Of a stretch of 64,000 nt of DNA, positions 60,126-64,000 are shown piece after piece. Below the pieces are notes generated by a model. It saw only the letters and a list, made by a program, of their open reading frames with translations. It searched no databases and was not told the origin of the DNA. The stretch is from the human T2T-CHM13v2.0 reference genome, Homo sapiens: the NCBI RefSeq assembly GCF_009914755.1, contig NC_060930.1; one strand, 5' to 3'. Each line of letters starts with the position of its first letter. The stretch's first letter is position 1. The translations under genes and the position numbers were made by a program.

Positions 60126-62146
60126 GGGAGAGTTTTCTTTGTCTGGAATTTATCAGACCCCACTGGTTTGAAGTCCTCTTGTTGAGCTATCACCATCTAC
60201 CTGTCCAGGTCAGTATTATATGCCATTTCTCCACCCCTTGTAGAGTTTTTGTTGGTTGGTTGGTTTTAGTTTCCCCCTGCCCTTCATTTGACCCTCTAAA
60301 TTCACATTGAAAGCATTCAATCAGGGACTCTTTATGATGCTACACAGACTTGCATACCATTAACATAAATAAACAGTAGTAATAATCATAAAAATAGTTG
60401 TGACCTTGAAGCCAAAGCCACTCATGATTAATGTTGATTCTAGGTTGTTAAATGTTTAAAAACAATTTCAGACTCTTGAGTTGACTTTACCTTCTCAAGA
60501 CTAAACACATACTCAGGAATGTGTGCTTAAAAAAACTTAAATTTTTCTCAGTTGCATTTAGAGAAGATGAATGCATTTAAACTTCTCATTAGTAAGTGTA
60601 CATAAAAGGGATTTGTGTGTTTATTAATAATTTTGTCTATCTTTCTATATAAAGGTAGTGTATATGTTAAATATGTCTGAAATTTGAGGAGATGATCTCT
60701 AAGTTGGCCCGAATACATTTTCAATCACTGCATTCTCAAAATTTCTTTCAAACTGAACCAGTGCCTTATTGTTTTATTGGATTTAATAGCGATGCATGTC
60801 TCCAATTTAATACTTACATAACCAATTTTATCACCAGTTCCAACCTTAAAGGTAAATACTTCAGTTACTATTTAGTACCCCCTCCAAAATTCTCCCTTTC
60901 CAGCTATATTTATCCTTCAGCTGAAGACAATTATCTAGAAACAGCACTGGATTCTTATTATCTCATGATGAAGTTTAACTCTCCCAAATTTTACAAATGT
61001 TAATTAAATCTCAAAAGGCAAACAAAATGTCAATCAAAATTGATGTATGGTTGTTTGTCATCAGCAGCTGTTAAAAAAAAATGTTCCCTAAATTCACAGA
61101 ATATGAGTGCTACAGTGCCAAGCAGAGAGGATACAGACCACGGTGGGGCTGATCAAAGAGGCAGGAGCTTTTTCCCCAGAGTGAAACACATATTTTCAGT
61201 GAAGTTATTCCCTTTTCTCCATTGTGCTACTTTGTAATGATTATAGAGTCAGCTATAAGAAGAATTTCAATTGTGGTTAAGAAAAAAGAGTCACCTCCAA
61301 ATTAGAATGATCAGCAGTTTTTTACAATAAACCGGCTATGAACAACGACATGACGCTGTTGATGAAAAGACACTGGACAGAAACCAGGAAGGAAGCCAGC
61401 CTCAGCCTCACCACTGGGGACTGGGCAAAGGAGTCTGAGTGTCGATCTGCAGGCACTCTGTGCTGGAAGGGACGTTTGGGAAGCACAGCAACGCCGTTTT
61501 GCTCAGAGTCAAAACACATCATGATTCTCTGGCACGACTGATCCTAAAATGTGTATCTTCCACCTCTCGTCCACCTGATCTCCCTCCTGGCTGCCCCACC
61601 ACAGAGAGTGGGCATGCACATCCCACTGACCAGAGGGCCTTGTGCCAAGCCACTCTCCAGGCATGGTCAAAGAAACTCAAGCAGTGGAGCCAAATGGTGA
61701 GAACCAACCCAAAGAGGACACAGGGCATTCTTAAGGCTCCTTTCTCCTCTATGTCCTGTGGGGGAGGTTAGAGTGTTCCTTTCCTGCACTGATGCTGAAC
61801 GATAACTCAGGCACTATCAAGAATGACCAAGAGGGACACTGAAAGGTCAAAAGCCTGAAAGAGCAGCTCTCCCCAGCCAGAGAGAGCAGAGGCACATTTA
61901 CAGCACATCTCATGGGGAAACTTAAAATCCACTTACTTGGTTTCTACTCAGGATGTCACCAATTACCATGGAACATCAACTAGATAAATACCTAGTTTTA
62001 AAGCAAGAAGCAATCGCACTTTCAGGGGGAAAAGCAGTATACAACTTCCCACTGGAAGATCACAAAATATCAAAACACCAAGTTGAAGGGAAATCAATTC
62101 TAAGAAACAGATCAGAAGAAAAAAGCCACAGAAAGGTTGAAATTAC

Positions 62147-62184
<38 letters not shown>

Positions 62185-62192
62185 CAACAAAC
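62147..62192. repeat. (AAT)n(AAC)n microsatellite
   Basis: Directly visible. Confidence 0.92.
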
Positions 62193-62277
62193 ATGCCAAC
62201 ATAAAACCTTTTATTCTTTTTTGATCTTCTTTTCAGAGTTGTTTCTTTTAAAACAGGAAATTAAAATAGTTCTTCTA

Positions 62278-63420
62278 GATTTCCAGTTCTGGGATAAGAT
62301 AGAGTAGGCACACTTCTTCCTATTCCATCAAGCATGGCTAAAAACCCTGGACACTACATATAAAATAAACGTAAGAGACTCTGAAAGGTGGAGAGAAGAA
62401 GGCAGACCAGCTAGGGCACACCTCGGGATCTGAGGAACGACATGGTGGTGAACTCTTTGTACTCGTATGTTTTTTCAAGCCCGTGCGATGTAGACAAAAA
62501 AAGCCCCAAGGAAAGCCTGCTCCCTCCAGCTAAAGGATCAGGGAAGTGGCAGCCTAGCAAGACCGAAAACCTCTAGACAGTAACTGCCCTACACCAACCG
62601 AACTCATGGAAAAACTGTGGCCCTACCCCAACCCCCCATCAGCAAAGGTTGGGGTGGGGGGCTGTAATTTCACATCCTCTACCTGCTGGGTGACCGATGT
62701 CATAGAAGGCTAAGTGGGGAGCTGGAACCTCCATCATTCTCCAGTGATAATGAGACCACCCTTTTCCTCAACACAATAAAGCACTCCCTCCCCTCCCAGC
62801 CAGCACACCATCCTGGAGACCTGGTGGGAAATCTGAACTCCCACCTTTGCACAGCAGTAATGAGACACCCTTCTCCCATCCAGGTGTCACTGGGGGCAGA
62901 GTGGGGAACCTGGACTTCTACCCTTACCTGGCAATAATAAGGTGGCATCCCTTGACCCAGTGACACAGTATCAGAGAAAATCTGTTAAAACAAGTTTAAG
63001 TAAGACCTACCGTCTAATAACATAATTCTCCAAATGTCCAAGATACAATTGAAAAATCACTTGACATGCCAAGGACCAGGAAAATCACAACTTGAAAGAG
63101 AAAAAGACAATTTGACACATGCCAACCCTGGGATGACACAGACATGGAAGATATTTAAGAAGAATTTTTAAATGGCCATCATAAAACTCTTTCAATAAGC
63201 AATTATAAACAAACTTGAAACAAATAAAAAAAAAGTCTTCACAAACAAAAAAAGGTTTTCAAAAAAAGAACCAAGTGGAAAAGTAATTGGTCAAAATAAG
63301 ACACTCAATGGATGAGCTCAGCAGAAGAGTGAAGGAGGCAGAGGAAAGAACCAGTGAACTCAAAGGCAGAACAGTAGAAATCAGCTCATCTGGACAACAG
63401 AGAAAATAGGCTGAAAAATA
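62278..63420 (+). mobile_element. Ancient L1M 5' region/ORF1 remnant
   Basis: CTCAATGGATGAGCTCAGCAGAAGAGTG..GAGGAAAGAACCAGTGAACTCAAAGGCAGAACAGTAGAAAT resembles L1M ORF1 coiled-coil sequence. Confidence 0.6.
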
Positions 63421-64000
63421 GTCCTTTCAGTTATCTAATGGAATATTCCATGGACTTCCTGGTTTCCTTGAAAGTATAAAGCTACTGGCTAGGGACTTTT
63501 TCCAATGCAGATAAGAATTTAAGAGTCTTATGTTTCTACCAAATCTTTGTAGACAGTGTTATCTCTCTTTTGCAAAGAAGTGTGGACAATCAATTAGTGA
63601 TTCCAGAAATCCTCTGGAAGTAAAATTGCTAAATGTCTTTAACTGCTTAAAAGTAGTAATGAAATCAGTCATTGAAGATATAAGAGCTCCTCTCGCTCCT
63701 AAATGCTCTTTTTGTATCCCTCTTCTCTCCAGTGAGTACCAGTGCCCTGCCTAACACAAAGACAGGATCCGTGAGAAAACAAAACTCCTGGGTTACGTGA
63801 TCAGTCTCCAGGCTTTTTTGGGTACCAATTACCATGCAGCACGCTGGGCCATGCTGTGAAGATGCTATAAAGCTGGGTGAACACATTTAGTAAGAAGATA
63901 AAACAAGTGTAGTGCAAGGAATTTATGCTTTCAAAAAATATTTATCAGTGCCTGCAAGGTACAAAGCACTGCTCTCTATAGCTGGAGCCCTAGACAGAGA

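Overview
Primate genomic DNA, most likely human chr6q26, covering the middle of AGPAT4 (LPAAT-delta) on the minus strand. Five coding exons can be read with exact GT/AG boundaries (canonical exons 3-7 by my recollection: 22651-22820, 10557-10718, 9736-9889, 5577-5679, 2914-2989). They join in frame and carry the acyltransferase motifs NHKFEID, FCSR, EGTR and LPRTKG. The rest is intronic: the 198-codon AGPAT4-IT1/C6orf59 ORF, a full-length but inactivated ~6.1 kb L1PA in the gene's sense orientation with a 17-bp TSD, MER9 and MSTA solo LTRs with TSDs, ~13 Alu/monomer copies, old MIR/L2/L1M/MLT/MER/Tigger fragments and several VNTRs. There are no prokaryotic features. The most notable leads are: a probable intronic-polyadenylation isoform after exon 3 (AATAAA overlapping the stop); a stop-free 495-nt exon 4-7 circle candidate between inverted Alus; a MER53 hairpin carrying a 20/21 match to miR-1302 on the transcribed strand; an 18-bp VNTR filling intron 4 almost to the acceptor; a frameshifted L1 ORF0 that could re-initiate; an orphan MER75/PGBD4-like fragment; and two short paired duplications, one bracketing exon 7. 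Repeat-family names come from remembered consensus sequences, not from searches. I see no firm evidence of a wholly new biological system.
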